A stretch of DNA of 64,000 nucleotides from positions 32,001 through 96,000 of the forward strand of contig JBGARZ010000018.1 of NCBI GenBank assembly GCA_044229975.1, read 5' to 3'. Of this stretch, positions 1-9,308 are shown piece by piece; the stretch's first letter is position 1; each line of letters starts with the position of its first letter. The DNA comes from Polyangiales bacterium. Lineage in GTDB: Bacteria; Myxococcota_A; Polyangia; Polyangiales; Ga0077539. The position numbers and the translations under genes were made by a program. A model generated the notes under the pieces. It was not told the origin of the DNA. It saw only the letters and a list, made by a program, of their open reading frames with translations, and did not search any database.

Positions 1-26
1 GAATCGTCCTCCGTCGACCCACCAGA

Positions 27-449
27 ATGCGCTCGCTGGTCCTCGCCCTCTGCGCCGCGTTCGCCGTGCTGCTCACGGCCATGCCCGCGCACGCGCACGC
101 TCCACGGCGCTGGTGCGTCGGTCAGTTGGCCAGCTACCGGCATCTCGACCGCAACCACGCGACCTCCTTCGTCCACGCGGAAGCGCCCGTCGCCGCACCC
201 GCCACACCGCTGCGCTCGCAAGCCCCGACGCTGTGCAGCGACCCCCACCAGGCGGGCTGTCGCATCGACCGCCCCGACACCCCGAGGCACCACACGTCGT
301 CGGACCTCCACCACGAACCCATCGCACTGAATACCTCCGTGCCCGAGGTCCCGCTGCGATCGGCCGACGACGTCACGACCGAGCCGTTGCTTCGCGGCGG
401 TCCGCGCGTCGCGACGACACGGTCGCCCTGGCGACCGCCCAGCGCCTGA
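27..449 (+). CDS. Small exported His/Pro-rich protein, candidate regulatory leader peptide upstream of the DsbA gene
   Basis: Sec-type signal MRSLVLALCAAFAVLLTAMPAHA, three further Cys, ends RSPWRPPSA; followed by hairpins and then the DsbA-family gene. Confidence 0.6.
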   Translation: MRSLVLALCAAFAVLLTAMPAHAHAPRRWCVGQLASYRHLDRNHATSFVHAEAPVAAPATPLRSQAPTLCSDPHQAGCRIDRPDTPRHHTSSDLHHEPIALNTSVPEVPLRSADDVTTEPLLRGGPRVATTRSPWRPPSA

Positions 450-568
450 ACGCGGTCTCCGCGTAGGCATCGACGCGCGATCGTCCTGTGAAGGGACGAC
501 GCGCGCCGACCGGGTCGCGCCCTGCGCGCTCCCGGGTGGGTCGTCGTGCAGGGAAATCGGAGGATCTC

Positions 569-2581
569 GTGAGCAAGGGAAGCATCGCCGTCTCCGCGCT
601 ATTGGCGCTGATCGTCAGTTTCTTCGTGGGTTACGTCACAACACCGCAGACCCGCTCGCGTTGGGGCGAACGAGCCCGCGTCGCCTTCGCAGCGCACCGG
701 AACTCGGAGTCGATGGACGACGCCGAACGCATCCCCGTCGGTGCGTCCCCGGTGCTCGGGCCCGACGACGCGCTCGTCACCATCGTGCAGTTCGGGGACT
801 TCCAGTGTCCGTTCTGCTCGCGCGTCGAGACGACGCTCCATCAGATCCGTCAGCGGTACGGGCGCGACGTCCGCGTCGTCTGGAAGAACGCCCCGCTGCC
901 CTTCCACCCGAACGCGGGCCCCGCGGCCGAGGCCGCGATGGAGGCGATGGCCCAGCGCGGCCATGACGGTTTCTGGCGGATGCACGACCTTCTCTATCGC
1001 GAGCAGCAGCACCTCGACGCGGCCACGCTGGAGCACCTCGCGCTCGAAGCGGGCCTCGACCTCACCCGCTTTCGCGCGGCGCTCAACGACCACCGGCTCC
1101 GGGCTTCCATCGATCGCGACGTGGCCCTCGCGCAGGCCATCGGAGCCCAAGGAACGCCCAACTTCTTCATCAACGGAACCCAGGTCAGCGGCGCACAGTC
1201 CTTCGACCGATTCGAGAGAATCATCGACGACGTGATCGCCCGCGCGCGCACCATCAAGCCGCGCCGACGTGTCTACGCCGCCATGGTGGCTGACCCGGTG
1301 GAAAACCCGGTGGAAAACCCGGACTCGCGCCGGCCACCAACCGGGTGCGGTGGACGCTGGCCGCAGGAGGACCCCACCCGTCGATGGCCTGTCCCGGTGG
1401 GACGCTCGCCGGTGCAGGGTCCGAACACGGCGCTCGTGACGATGGTGATCTTCGGGGACTTCCAGTGCCCGTTCTGCGCGCGTACGAGCGACACCCTGGC
1501 GCAGCTCCGCGCCCGCTACGGCAACGACCTCCGCGTGGTGTGGAAGAACGAACCCCTGCCCTTCCACGAAGCATCGCGCCCGGCGGCCGAGCTCGCGATG
1601 GAGGCCTTCGCCCAGCGCGGCAACGAGGGGTTCTGGCAGGTCCATCGGCTCCTCTTCGATCACCAGAGCGCCCTCGACCGCGGTCACCTCGACGGGTACG
1701 CGCTGCGGTCGGGCCTCGACATGGACCGCTACACCGCGGCGATGAACGCGCACACCCACGTCGCCCTCATCGACGCCGACCACGCCCTCGGCCAGACCGT
1801 CGAGGTCAACGGCGTCCCACACTTCTTCATCAACGGCTTCCGCCTCGTCGGCGCCCAGGCCCTCGACGCCTTCATCAGCGCCATCGACGAGGAGCGGAGG
1901 CGAGCCGCGGAGTTCATGCGAGCCCACCCCGACGTCACTCGCGCTGACCTCTACGAGCGCATGGTGCTCCACCCCCCGGTGCCCACCCCGGCGCCTCCCG
2001 TCGACGAAGAGAGCCGCGTCTACACCGTGCGCGACGACCGGCGCGCCCCGAGCTTCGGCCCCTCCGACGCCCGCGTCGTGATCCAGCACTTCGCGGACTA
2101 CCAGTGCCCGTTTTCGTCGCGCGTCGGGCCGACCATCGAGCGGATCCGTCGGCGGTACGGCGACCGCGTACGCTTCGTGTGGCGGGACTATCCCCTGCCC
2201 TTCCACCCTGCGGCCATGCTCGCCGCCGAGGCCGCCCGTGAAGCGTACGCCCAGCGCGGCAACCCGGGCTTCTGGCGCTTCCACGACCACCTGTTCGAGC
2301 ACCCGCAGCACATCGAGCGCGAGGACCTCGAACGCTACGCCCGCGAGCAGGGACTCGACGTCGATCGCTTCCGCGCCGCCCTCGATCACCACATCCACAA
2401 GCCCCGGGTCGAGGAAGACATGGCCGTCGCAGACGCCACCGGCGCCTCCATCGGAACGCCAGCCTTCTTCATCGGGGGAAGGTTCGTCGCGGGCGCGTTG
2501 GCGTTCGAGGAGTTCGAGCGACGCATCGAAGCCGCGCTACGCTTCGCGCGTGATGCAGAGGTGCGGCGGCTCGATCGCTGA
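569..2581 (+). CDS. Membrane-anchored DsbA-family thioredoxin protein with three tandem DsbA domains (670 aa)
   Basis: GTG at 569 after GGAGG (559-563); N-terminal TM; motifs GDFQCPFC, GDFQCPFC, ADYQCPFS; three LPFH motifs; cis-Pro loops GTP, GVP, GTP. Confidence 0.93.
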   Translation: MSKGSIAVSALLALIVSFFVGYVTTPQTRSRWGERARVAFAAHRNSESMDDAERIPVGASPVLGPDDALVTIVQFGDFQCPFCSRVETTLHQIRQRYGRDVRVVWKNAPLPFHPNAGPAAEAAMEAMAQRGHDGFWRMHDLLYREQQHLDAATLEHLALEAGLDLTRFRAALNDHRLRASIDRDVALAQAIGAQGTPNFFINGTQVSGAQSFDRFERIIDDVIARARTIKPRRRVYAAMVADPVENPVENPDSRRPPTGCGGRWPQEDPTRRWPVPVGRSPVQGPNTALVTMVIFGDFQCPFCARTSDTLAQLRARYGNDLRVVWKNEPLPFHEASRPAAELAMEAFAQRGNEGFWQVHRLLFDHQSALDRGHLDGYALRSGLDMDRYTAAMNAHTHVALIDADHALGQTVEVNGVPHFFINGFRLVGAQALDAFISAIDEERRRAAEFMRAHPDVTRADLYERMVLHPPVPTPAPPVDEESRVYTVRDDRRAPSFGPSDARVVIQHFADYQCPFSSRVGPTIERIRRRYGDRVRFVWRDYPLPFHPAAMLAAEAAREAYAQRGNPGFWRFHDHLFEHPQHIEREDLERYAREQGLDVDRFRAALDHHIHKPRVEEDMAVADATGASIGTPAFFIGGRFVAGALAFEEFERRIEAALRFARDAEVRRLDR

Positions 2582-2606
2582 CGGAAGACGCGCCGTGGAG
2601 GGAACA

Positions 2607-2709
2607 GGTAGACCAACTGGGCCCTCTCGTTAGCACCGATCCACCCACGTCCCTTGCGCGCAGTCCCTGCCCACATGGCAGCTCCCGCAAGCTCCTGCGA
2701 CGCCTCCCT
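2607..2709. repeat. Degenerate ~105-bp intergenic element, copy 1
   Basis: Blocks GGTAGACCAAC-N14-AGCACCGnTCC-N16-CGCAGT-N14-CAGCTCC...ACGCCnCCCT shared with 21117-21229. Confidence 0.7.
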
Positions 2710-3168
2710 CTATTCGAACACGTTGGTGACGACGATCGGGCCAGCTTCGACGGATGCACCGGATCGCCGCCCGAAGTCGCTCACGTTCGACGTTTCCGGG
2801 ATCCCAGCGGGACCCGTGGGTTGCTCGGATTGATGAACCCACCGGGTCGGCAGAGCGCCCGTCGGGGCCGCGGGAGCCGCGCTTCCCGGATCGTAGGTCA
2901 GCACGGCCAGCGGAAGAACGAGGCTGCCAACGGCCGCGAGAACCACCGCGATGTCGGACGCGATGACGCGCCACGAGGGCGTCGATGCGACGGCGACTTC
3001 GGGCGCGATCGGCATCACGACACGGTAGGGCACGGTGCACCATACATCGACCCCGCAGACCACGTATGCCCCCTCGTACGCCACGCACGCGCCGGCCTCA
3101 GCCGCGTCGAGGGCTGCAGCGTCGCGCTGCCACCAGGGACGATGCACAACCCGCTGTGGCTCGCCCAC
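2710..3168 (-). CDS. Hypothetical single-TM protein, 5' end possibly degraded
   Basis: Hydrophobic stretch IAVVLAAVGSLVLPLAVL preceded by VPYR; start uncertain. Confidence 0.4.
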   Translation of the reverse strand: MGEPQRVVHRPWWQRDAAALDAAEAGACVAYEGAYVVCGVDVWCTVPYRVVMPIAPEVAVASTPSWRVIASDIAVVLAAVGSLVLPLAVLTYDPGSAAPAAPTGALPTRWVHQSEQPTGPAGIPETSNVSDFGRRSGASVEAGPIVVTNVFE

Positions 3169-3480
3169 TGGGACGACCAGGGCGGCAGGCCGACGGGCCG
3201 ACGGGGCTGACGAAGAATGCGTGCGACAGGCGGGGCAGCGGACGCGGCATGAGGAAACTCAGCGCACCGCCATGCCGCGAAGCGCGACGTCGAACGAGAC
3301 GGCGACCTCGGGGCGCTGGCGCTGAGCAGGAGCGGGCCCCCGGGGCCCCCCACTCCCTCAACGGTCGCAGTTGATCGTCGGGAGGTCCGCGCCCAGGCAC
3401 AGTTCGCGCGCGTCACGCCATCCGAGGTCGAGCTCCTCAACGGCCACGTTGAAGAGGGCCTCGCGTCGACCTTCGCCGCG

Positions 3481-3864
3481 CTCGAGTCTGGCTACGTCAT
3501 CCTGAGACTCCCGCGCTTCCGGGTGGCGACCCCGTCGGTGAGCCTGCGCAACGCGCTCTCCGCGCTGGGGATGACGCTCACGTTCGACGCGACGCGGGCG
3601 GACTTCACCGGCATCGCCAGCCCGCCGGAACCCGGCGATCGGCTGAGCCTCTCCGACGCGTTCCACAAGGTGTTCGTCGAGGTGAACGAGGTGGGCACCG
3701 TGGCGGCCGCCGCCGCCGTGACCAGCGGCCCCACCACGCGCGGGATCGACAACCGCGAGCCGACGCCCTCCGTCGTCGACCACCCCTTCCTCTTCGTGAT
3801 CCGCGACCTCACTACGGGCGCGGTGCTCTTCATGGGCCGCGTCGTCGACCCGCGCGCCGCGTGA
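3481..3864 (+). pseudogene. Serpin C-terminal fragment
   Basis: LRLPRF, LGM...ADFTGI, HKVFVEVNEVGTVAAAAA hinge, DHPFLFVIRD...LFMGRVVDP; the frame is closed upstream by TGA at 3250-3252, so most of a serpin is missing. Confidence 0.88.
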
Positions 3865-3936
3865 CCGTGGGCTGCCCCGCCCTCGTGCCCGAGGTCCTCC
3901 CCCTCGTTCGTCGCCGTCGCGGGATCTGACGCAACG

Positions 3937-5400
3937 TCAGTCGGTTCGCGTGCGGGAGGGAGGGAGTCGCCATGTGAGAGGGCCGCGGTCGAGGCCCGAG
4001 GGGTCGTCGCGCCCGCTGCGGGCTACGAACAGCAGGCGGCCGTGGACGTCGATGCTGAGCGCGCGTCCCTCGAACGCCCGGTGCGTGTTCGTCGTGAAGT
4101 CGAACCAGAGCTGCTCGAAGAACGCGCCGCGGTCCGTGACGCCGCGGCGACCCCAGATGCTCGGACGCACGGGCTCGTCCAAGGGAGTGCCGACCGCCAC
4201 CTGCGCCGCGGCGAGTTCGACGGCGCGCGTCACGCCCTGGGCGTCCCTGACGTACGCGTAGCCGTCGACCGATGACTGGTCATCGCACGCATCACCCACG
4301 CGGATCGGGAGGGCGCAGTGGGTCTCGGGACCGCGCACCGCGACCACGCCGCCCATGCGGCAGGACACCAGCAAACGCTCCAGCGCCGCGGAGCGGGCGA
4401 TGACCTCACCCCAGCACGCCGACGGGACCCACTCGCGCTCGCTGCCGTCGGGCGACCGCGCCACGAGCGCGCCGTCGGGCAGCCGCCGGACGAGGTAGCG
4501 TCCCATCGCCGTGACGAAGCCCGGCACCGGGACCATCGCCCCACCGCTCGCGAGGGCGGCGTAGGTCTCTGGCTCGTCTCCCGGTGGGCGGGTGATGCCG
4601 ATGCGTCCGTCGTGCTGCCGACAGCTCCGCCGCTCGGCCGAGAGGTCGTGCGCTTCGAGGCGACCGTCGTGGTTGGTGTCGCGGGGGATGGCGCGCGCGA
4701 GGACCCACACGCCGCCCTCGTCGATCCACGCCCGGTGCAGCGCGCCGGGACCCGGGGTGAGCTCGCGCTCGCCGCCGTCTGCGAGGGTCCGCACCACGAC
4801 GGTCTGCCCGCAGGGGGTCGTGTGGATCCATACGAAGCGCGTTCCGGCGTCGTCGAAGGAGCCCACGCGGTGAGGGTCGACGGGGTCGTCGTCGGAGCTG
4901 GCGTCGGCGCCCCGCGGGCCGAGGTCGACCTCGGCGCCGGTCAGGGTGTCGAGCAGGCGCAGCGACCCGCCGCGCACCAGCGCGAGGTGGCGCCCGTCGC
5001 GCGAGCCCGCGACGAGGTCGTCGATGGGCTCGCCGGGGCCCGCGCCGCGCGCGAGGTAGAGGTCGAAGCGGTCGCCCGCCACGCCCCGGGAACACCAGCT
5101 GAACGAGATGCTGCCGTCGCCGTTGGTGTCGCGGCGCGCCTGGCGGAAGGCCGTCCAGCGCGCGTCGGGCGACGAGGCGACCAGGAGGACCGGGTGCTCG
5201 GTACCCACCTGGACCGACGGCGCGGTTTCGGCGGGCACGTGGCGCAGGGCGACCTCCGGGAAGCGCCGCAGGAACTTCACACGGTCGGACCCGTCGCACG
5301 CTCGCAGCGGCGGCGGGACGACAGGGGCGACGTCGTTGGGTGCCGCACCCACGCCCGACAGCAACAGCAGCACCGGCACCCACTCCCGCACGGCGCCCAT
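3937..5400 (-). CDS. Exported hypothetical protein, beta-propeller-like, with two DxNxDG Ca-binding-type loops
   Basis: Signal peptide; SPDARW and SRDGRHL blade-like motifs; RDTNGDGSI and RDTNHDGRL. Confidence 0.75.
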   Translation of the reverse strand: MGAVREWVPVLLLLSGVGAAPNDVAPVVPPPLRACDGSDRVKFLRRFPEVALRHVPAETAPSVQVGTEHPVLLVASSPDARWTAFRQARRDTNGDGSISFSWCSRGVAGDRFDLYLARGAGPGEPIDDLVAGSRDGRHLALVRGGSLRLLDTLTGAEVDLGPRGADASSDDDPVDPHRVGSFDDAGTRFVWIHTTPCGQTVVVRTLADGGERELTPGPGALHRAWIDEGGVWVLARAIPRDTNHDGRLEAHDLSAERRSCRQHDGRIGITRPPGDEPETYAALASGGAMVPVPGFVTAMGRYLVRRLPDGALVARSPDGSEREWVPSACWGEVIARSAALERLLVSCRMGGVVAVRGPETHCALPIRVGDACDDQSSVDGYAYVRDAQGVTRAVELAAAQVAVGTPLDEPVRPSIWGRRGVTDRGAFFEQLWFDFTTNTHRAFEGRALSIDVHGRLLFVARSGRDDPSGLDRGPLTWRLPPSRTRTD

Positions 5401-5452
5401 CGTTGGGGCGCGCCGCCGCGTCGAGCAATGGGAGAACCGTCGAGGCGGGCGG

Positions 5453-6265
5453 CTACCGTCGCGCCGACGCCGACCCCGCGCCGCGGACCACCCCGCCCAT
5501 CGACCACAACGTCCCGACGGCCGCTGCCGCGAGCACGATGGCCACGCCGACCGCGCGCCGGGCGCGGGCCGCGCTGACGACCGCGGCCAGCAGCAGGGCG
5601 CTCGCCAGGGAGAGCAGTGCGAGCGTTGTGCGCAGCATCGTCACCGCGCGGCGCACGTGGCCGTCGAGCCAGACGGGCGCGGCGTTCCAGGGGAGCACGA
5701 GCGAGCGCAGGAGGGCGGTGTCGACGCGGAGGGAGACGACGCGCAGCTCGTCGGCGCCCAGCGCGAGACGAATGCGGTCGAGGTCGGGTTCTCGGCCGAA
5801 GTCGCAGCGGAACTGCAAGAGTCGCCCGTCGGCGCTGCGCCGGTGGACGAGTCGACCCACGGGGAGTCCGGCGGAGTTCTGGCCGTCGCAACGGAGCGCC
5901 GCGGGGGCGGGGTGTTCGATCGCCTCCCCCATCCAGCGGGTCGGGTCGGAGTTGTCCCATCGCCGGAAGGTGAGGCCCTCGAAGGACCCGACCTCGCGGT
6001 GTTCCGCGCGGAAGCTCGACACCGAGTCGTTGTGCGAGTCCGACACGACCCGGTACCTGACGGGCGGCGGTGCCCACGGGCGGCCGCGCAGCGCGCGATC
6101 GGTCTCGCCCTGGTCGACAACGACGAAGGCGCCGGGCCCGCGCCACAGCGAGCACCATCCGAGCGTCAAGGCGACGACGCAGGCGGCCACCAGCGTGCGC
6201 CACCGCTGCGGCGTCTCGCGCCCTCCGATGAGCAGTTGGACGAGGCGGTTCACGCTACCGGCCAT
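5453..6265 (-). CDS. Hypothetical membrane protein (1 N-terminal and 2 C-terminal TM helices)
   Basis: Hydrophobic helices; TATGAT 8 nt before the ATG. Confidence 0.65.
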   Translation of the reverse strand: MAGSVNRLVQLLIGGRETPQRWRTLVAACVVALTLGWCSLWRGPGAFVVVDQGETDRALRGRPWAPPPVRYRVVSDSHNDSVSSFRAEHREVGSFEGLTFRRWDNSDPTRWMGEAIEHPAPAALRCDGQNSAGLPVGRLVHRRSADGRLLQFRCDFGREPDLDRIRLALGADELRVVSLRVDTALLRSLVLPWNAAPVWLDGHVRRAVTMLRTTLALLSLASALLLAAVVSAARARRAVGVAIVLAAAAVGTLWSMGGVVRGAGSASARR

Positions 6266-7035
6266 TCCTCGCGATCATAGGGGCATGCGCTCACCGGCGC
6301 GCCACGACCAGCGAGCAGCGCAGCCGCGCCGCCTCGTTCGCCGTCACGGCGTGGCGGCTGTCGTCGTAGACCACCCCGACGAGCCCGCCGCCAGCGAGCT
6401 CTCCATCGGGTGCTGCAGCAGCTCCGGACACACGTCGTTCGCCAGCGTACTTTGCGGGATGGGTTTTGAAAGAAGCCGCTCCGCGGCGTGGCCTCTCCCG
6501 GAGCTTCGCGCTCGCGCGCGTGACCTGCTGACTCGTCGGTCGCTGCGCCTTCCTTCGTGCCGACGAGTTGCTCCGCGTCCACGACGCGCCCCGCTTCGCG
6601 GAGCTCGGCGACGATCGGGTCGAAGGCCGCCGCCACGCTCTCGTCGAAGGGCCGATAGCCGGGGAGGATTCCCCTCCGGCGCGTCGCGAGCGCCAGCGAG
6701 GTGCACGCCGCTGTCGGATCACGCCGATCGAGCTTGCCCCCCGCTCGCGCGGGGCGAAGGGGGGCCCTCGCCCCGACCGCCCCTTTCGCCTTCCGTTCGT
6801 ACCGTCGTGCAGATGGCTCCCGTCGCCGTGCCGGACACCTCGCGCTTCCTGCGAGCCTCCGGCGGCGACGCCGCCTTGCACGTCCGGAGATCCCCGATCA
6901 TCCTGCCCCTCCCTGCCGAGAGCCCGCTGTGCACTCCTGACGTCGCCCCTCCGCTGATCGGTCGCCCTTCGCTGTCGCGTGCGCTGACACGCCGCTGCGT
7001 CGGGCCGGGTGCGTCTCTTTCTTCAGGAGTGAGCC

Positions 7036-7647
7036 ATGAGGCTCGGTCTCATCTCGGATATTCACGCGGATCACCGCGCGCTGATGCGTGCGCTGGCCCT
7101 GCTCGAGCAGCGGGGCGCTGACAAGGTCGTGTGCATGGGTGATCTGGTCGAGAAAGGGCCAGACGGGGATCGCGTCGTCGCGACCCTCAACGATCACCTC
7201 GCGATCTGTGTGCGCGGCAACCACGACGACAACGCCGTCCGCCGCCGCCTTGAGGGCGACGAGGACGACACGGACCCTCTCATCGACGCCGACACCGCGG
7301 CCTTCCTCGCGGCCCTCCCGCGCGATCGGCTCACGACCTGGAACGGCGTCCGCGTGGCGATGAGCCACATCGCCCCGTGTGGCATCGAGGAGTCGGTGCT
7401 GCCCGAGCACATCCCGAAGACGCTCAAGCGCTCGCTGCGCGGCTTCGAGGCCGACGTGCTGCTGCTCGGCCACACGCACCGCCCGATGAAGATCCGCCAC
7501 GGCGACCTGTGGATCATCAACCCGGGCTCCGTCGCCGGCACCCGCCCGCGCGACAGGTTCACCTGCGCGCTGCTCGACCTGCCCTCGCTCGCCCTGACCG
7601 TGCTCTCGCTCGACGACGGCTCGCCGGTGCCGTTCGCGGTCGGCTGA
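7036..7647 (+). CDS. Metallophosphoesterase (calcineurin-like, YfcE/MJ0936 type)
   Basis: SDIH, GDLV, GNHD, GHTH, NPGS motifs; AGGAG RBS. Confidence 0.95.
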   Translation: MRLGLISDIHADHRALMRALALLEQRGADKVVCMGDLVEKGPDGDRVVATLNDHLAICVRGNHDDNAVRRRLEGDEDDTDPLIDADTAAFLAALPRDRLTTWNGVRVAMSHIAPCGIEESVLPEHIPKTLKRSLRGFEADVLLLGHTHRPMKIRHGDLWIINPGSVAGTRPRDRFTCALLDLPSLALTVLSLDDGSPVPFAVG

Positions 7648-7737
7648 CCACGCCGCCCTCGTCGCTAGGCAGTCGCCAGACCTGCCGCGGGATGGTGGGA
7701 TCTCCTCGACCTGGAACCCGCGCTACCATCGCGCGCC

Positions 7738-9204
7738 GTGCGTCGGGCGCTCCTCCTCCTCTCGCTGCTCGGTGCGTGCAGATCCGGTCTCATCCCGCGA
7801 CTGCCCAACGACGCAACGACGCCTCGCGACACCGCGACCGTGGACATCGTCGACGCCAGCGCGGCCGCTGACACCCCTGTGATCACCGCGGAGATCCTCC
7901 CTCGTTCGCGGCTCGACACGGAGCTGCGCCCGTTGATCGATGACGGGTGGCTCGCGGGCGCCATCGTCGGCATCGTCGACCCGCGCGGCGCGCAGCTCGC
8001 GGGCTACGGCGTGGCCATTGAAGGCACCGCGCGTCCCCCAGACGGCGACACGCTCTTCGAGATCGGATCCATCACCAAGACCCTCACCTCGCTCGTCCTC
8101 GCCGAGGACGTAGCCGCAGGCACCTTCCCCCTCGACACGCCCGTGCAGTCGCTGTTGCCCGCATCAACGCGCGTACCCACGGGGCGTCGCGCCATCACCC
8201 TGCGCGACCTCTCGGTGCACGGATCGGGGCTCCCGCGTCTGGCCACAAACCTCAACCCCGCGGACCCCCAGAACCCCTACGCGGACTACACCGTCGATGA
8301 CCTCGACGCCTTCCTCTCGGCGTACACTCTCCCGCGCGAACCCGGCGCGTCCTTCGAGTATTCAAACCTCGCCGTGGGCCTCCTCGGACGCGCCCTCGCA
8401 CACCGCGCGTCCAGCACCCTGGAAGCCCTCTTGCGTGACCGCATCTTCGTGCCCCTCGGGATGCGCGACACCTCCATCGCGCTCTCCGATGAGCGCCGCG
8501 CGCGCCTCGCCACCCCCCACGACTTCGAAGGGACCACCGTGCGTTCATGGGAGGCCACCGACGCCACCGCGGGCGCAGGCGCCGTGCGCTCTACCGCGCG
8601 CGACATGCTGCGTTACGGAGCTGCCATCGCGGGCACGGATCCCACCACCGCGCCACTCACACGCGCCATCGAGCTCTCGGTGCGGGAGCAGCAGCGGTGG
8701 CCCGACAGGCGGATGGGCCTCGGGTGGTTCTTCACCGACGACGGGAGGCTCTGGCACAACGGCGGCACCGGGGGTTTCGAGAGCGTCCTCGTGGTGGACC
8801 GCGAACAACGCCGCGCCGTGCTGGTGCTCGCCAACACCAACAGTCCATGGCAACCCATCACCAACCTCGGACTGCGGCTCTCGTCCCTGGCGCGCGGCGA
8901 AAACCCTGCACCGCTGGGGCTTCCGCGTCGTGTGGAGGTCGCCCCGGCGACGCTCGCACGCTACGTCGGGGTGTATCGAATGGAGGCGTCGCCCTCGACA
9001 ACCATCACCGTGGCCATGGGCAGCGGCGGTCTCACGGCGCGGCTCTCGGGACAATCGGCCTTTCGCATCACGCCATCGAGCGAGACGGGCTTCTTCTTCC
9101 GCGTCGCTGTCGCGCGCCTGCACTTCGAGGCTGACAGCACGGGCGCGTGGACGCGCGTTCGCCTCGACCAGAACGGCCGCTCGCAATGGGCGCGACGGTC
9201 GTAG
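7738..9204 (+). CDS. Serine hydrolase lipoprotein of the class C beta-lactamase/AmpH family with a C-terminal DUF3471-like domain
   Basis: Lipobox LLGAC; FEIGSITK (SxxK), FEYSN (YxN), WHNGGTGG; LARYVGVY at the start of the C-terminal domain; TACCAT 8 nt before the GTG. Confidence 0.93.
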   Translation: MRRALLLLSLLGACRSGLIPRLPNDATTPRDTATVDIVDASAAADTPVITAEILPRSRLDTELRPLIDDGWLAGAIVGIVDPRGAQLAGYGVAIEGTARPPDGDTLFEIGSITKTLTSLVLAEDVAAGTFPLDTPVQSLLPASTRVPTGRRAITLRDLSVHGSGLPRLATNLNPADPQNPYADYTVDDLDAFLSAYTLPREPGASFEYSNLAVGLLGRALAHRASSTLEALLRDRIFVPLGMRDTSIALSDERRARLATPHDFEGTTVRSWEATDATAGAGAVRSTARDMLRYGAAIAGTDPTTAPLTRAIELSVREQQRWPDRRMGLGWFFTDDGRLWHNGGTGGFESVLVVDREQRRAVLVLANTNSPWQPITNLGLRLSSLARGENPAPLGLPRRVEVAPATLARYVGVYRMEASPSTTITVAMGSGGLTARLSGQSAFRITPSSETGFFFRVAVARLHFEADSTGAWTRVRLDQNGRSQWARRS

Positions 9205-9308
9205 GAACACAGCTCACGGCGACCACCACTCGAAGCGCGTCAGGCGGTCCATCGCGACGTTGCGGAGGCCGTGAATCGACCGCTGGCGCGGTACAACCAA
9301 CCCACCCC

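Noticed and set aside
1294..1322. 12-bp tandem repeat (PVEN x2) as a contingency locus
   Set aside because: Only about two in-frame units in an interdomain linker
599..2398. Long antisense and alternate-frame ORFs (for example 599-2398, 23508-25397, 34747-36285, 58073-60484)
   Set aside because: Shadow ORFs expected in very GC-rich DNA; they overlap well-supported genes and lack motifs
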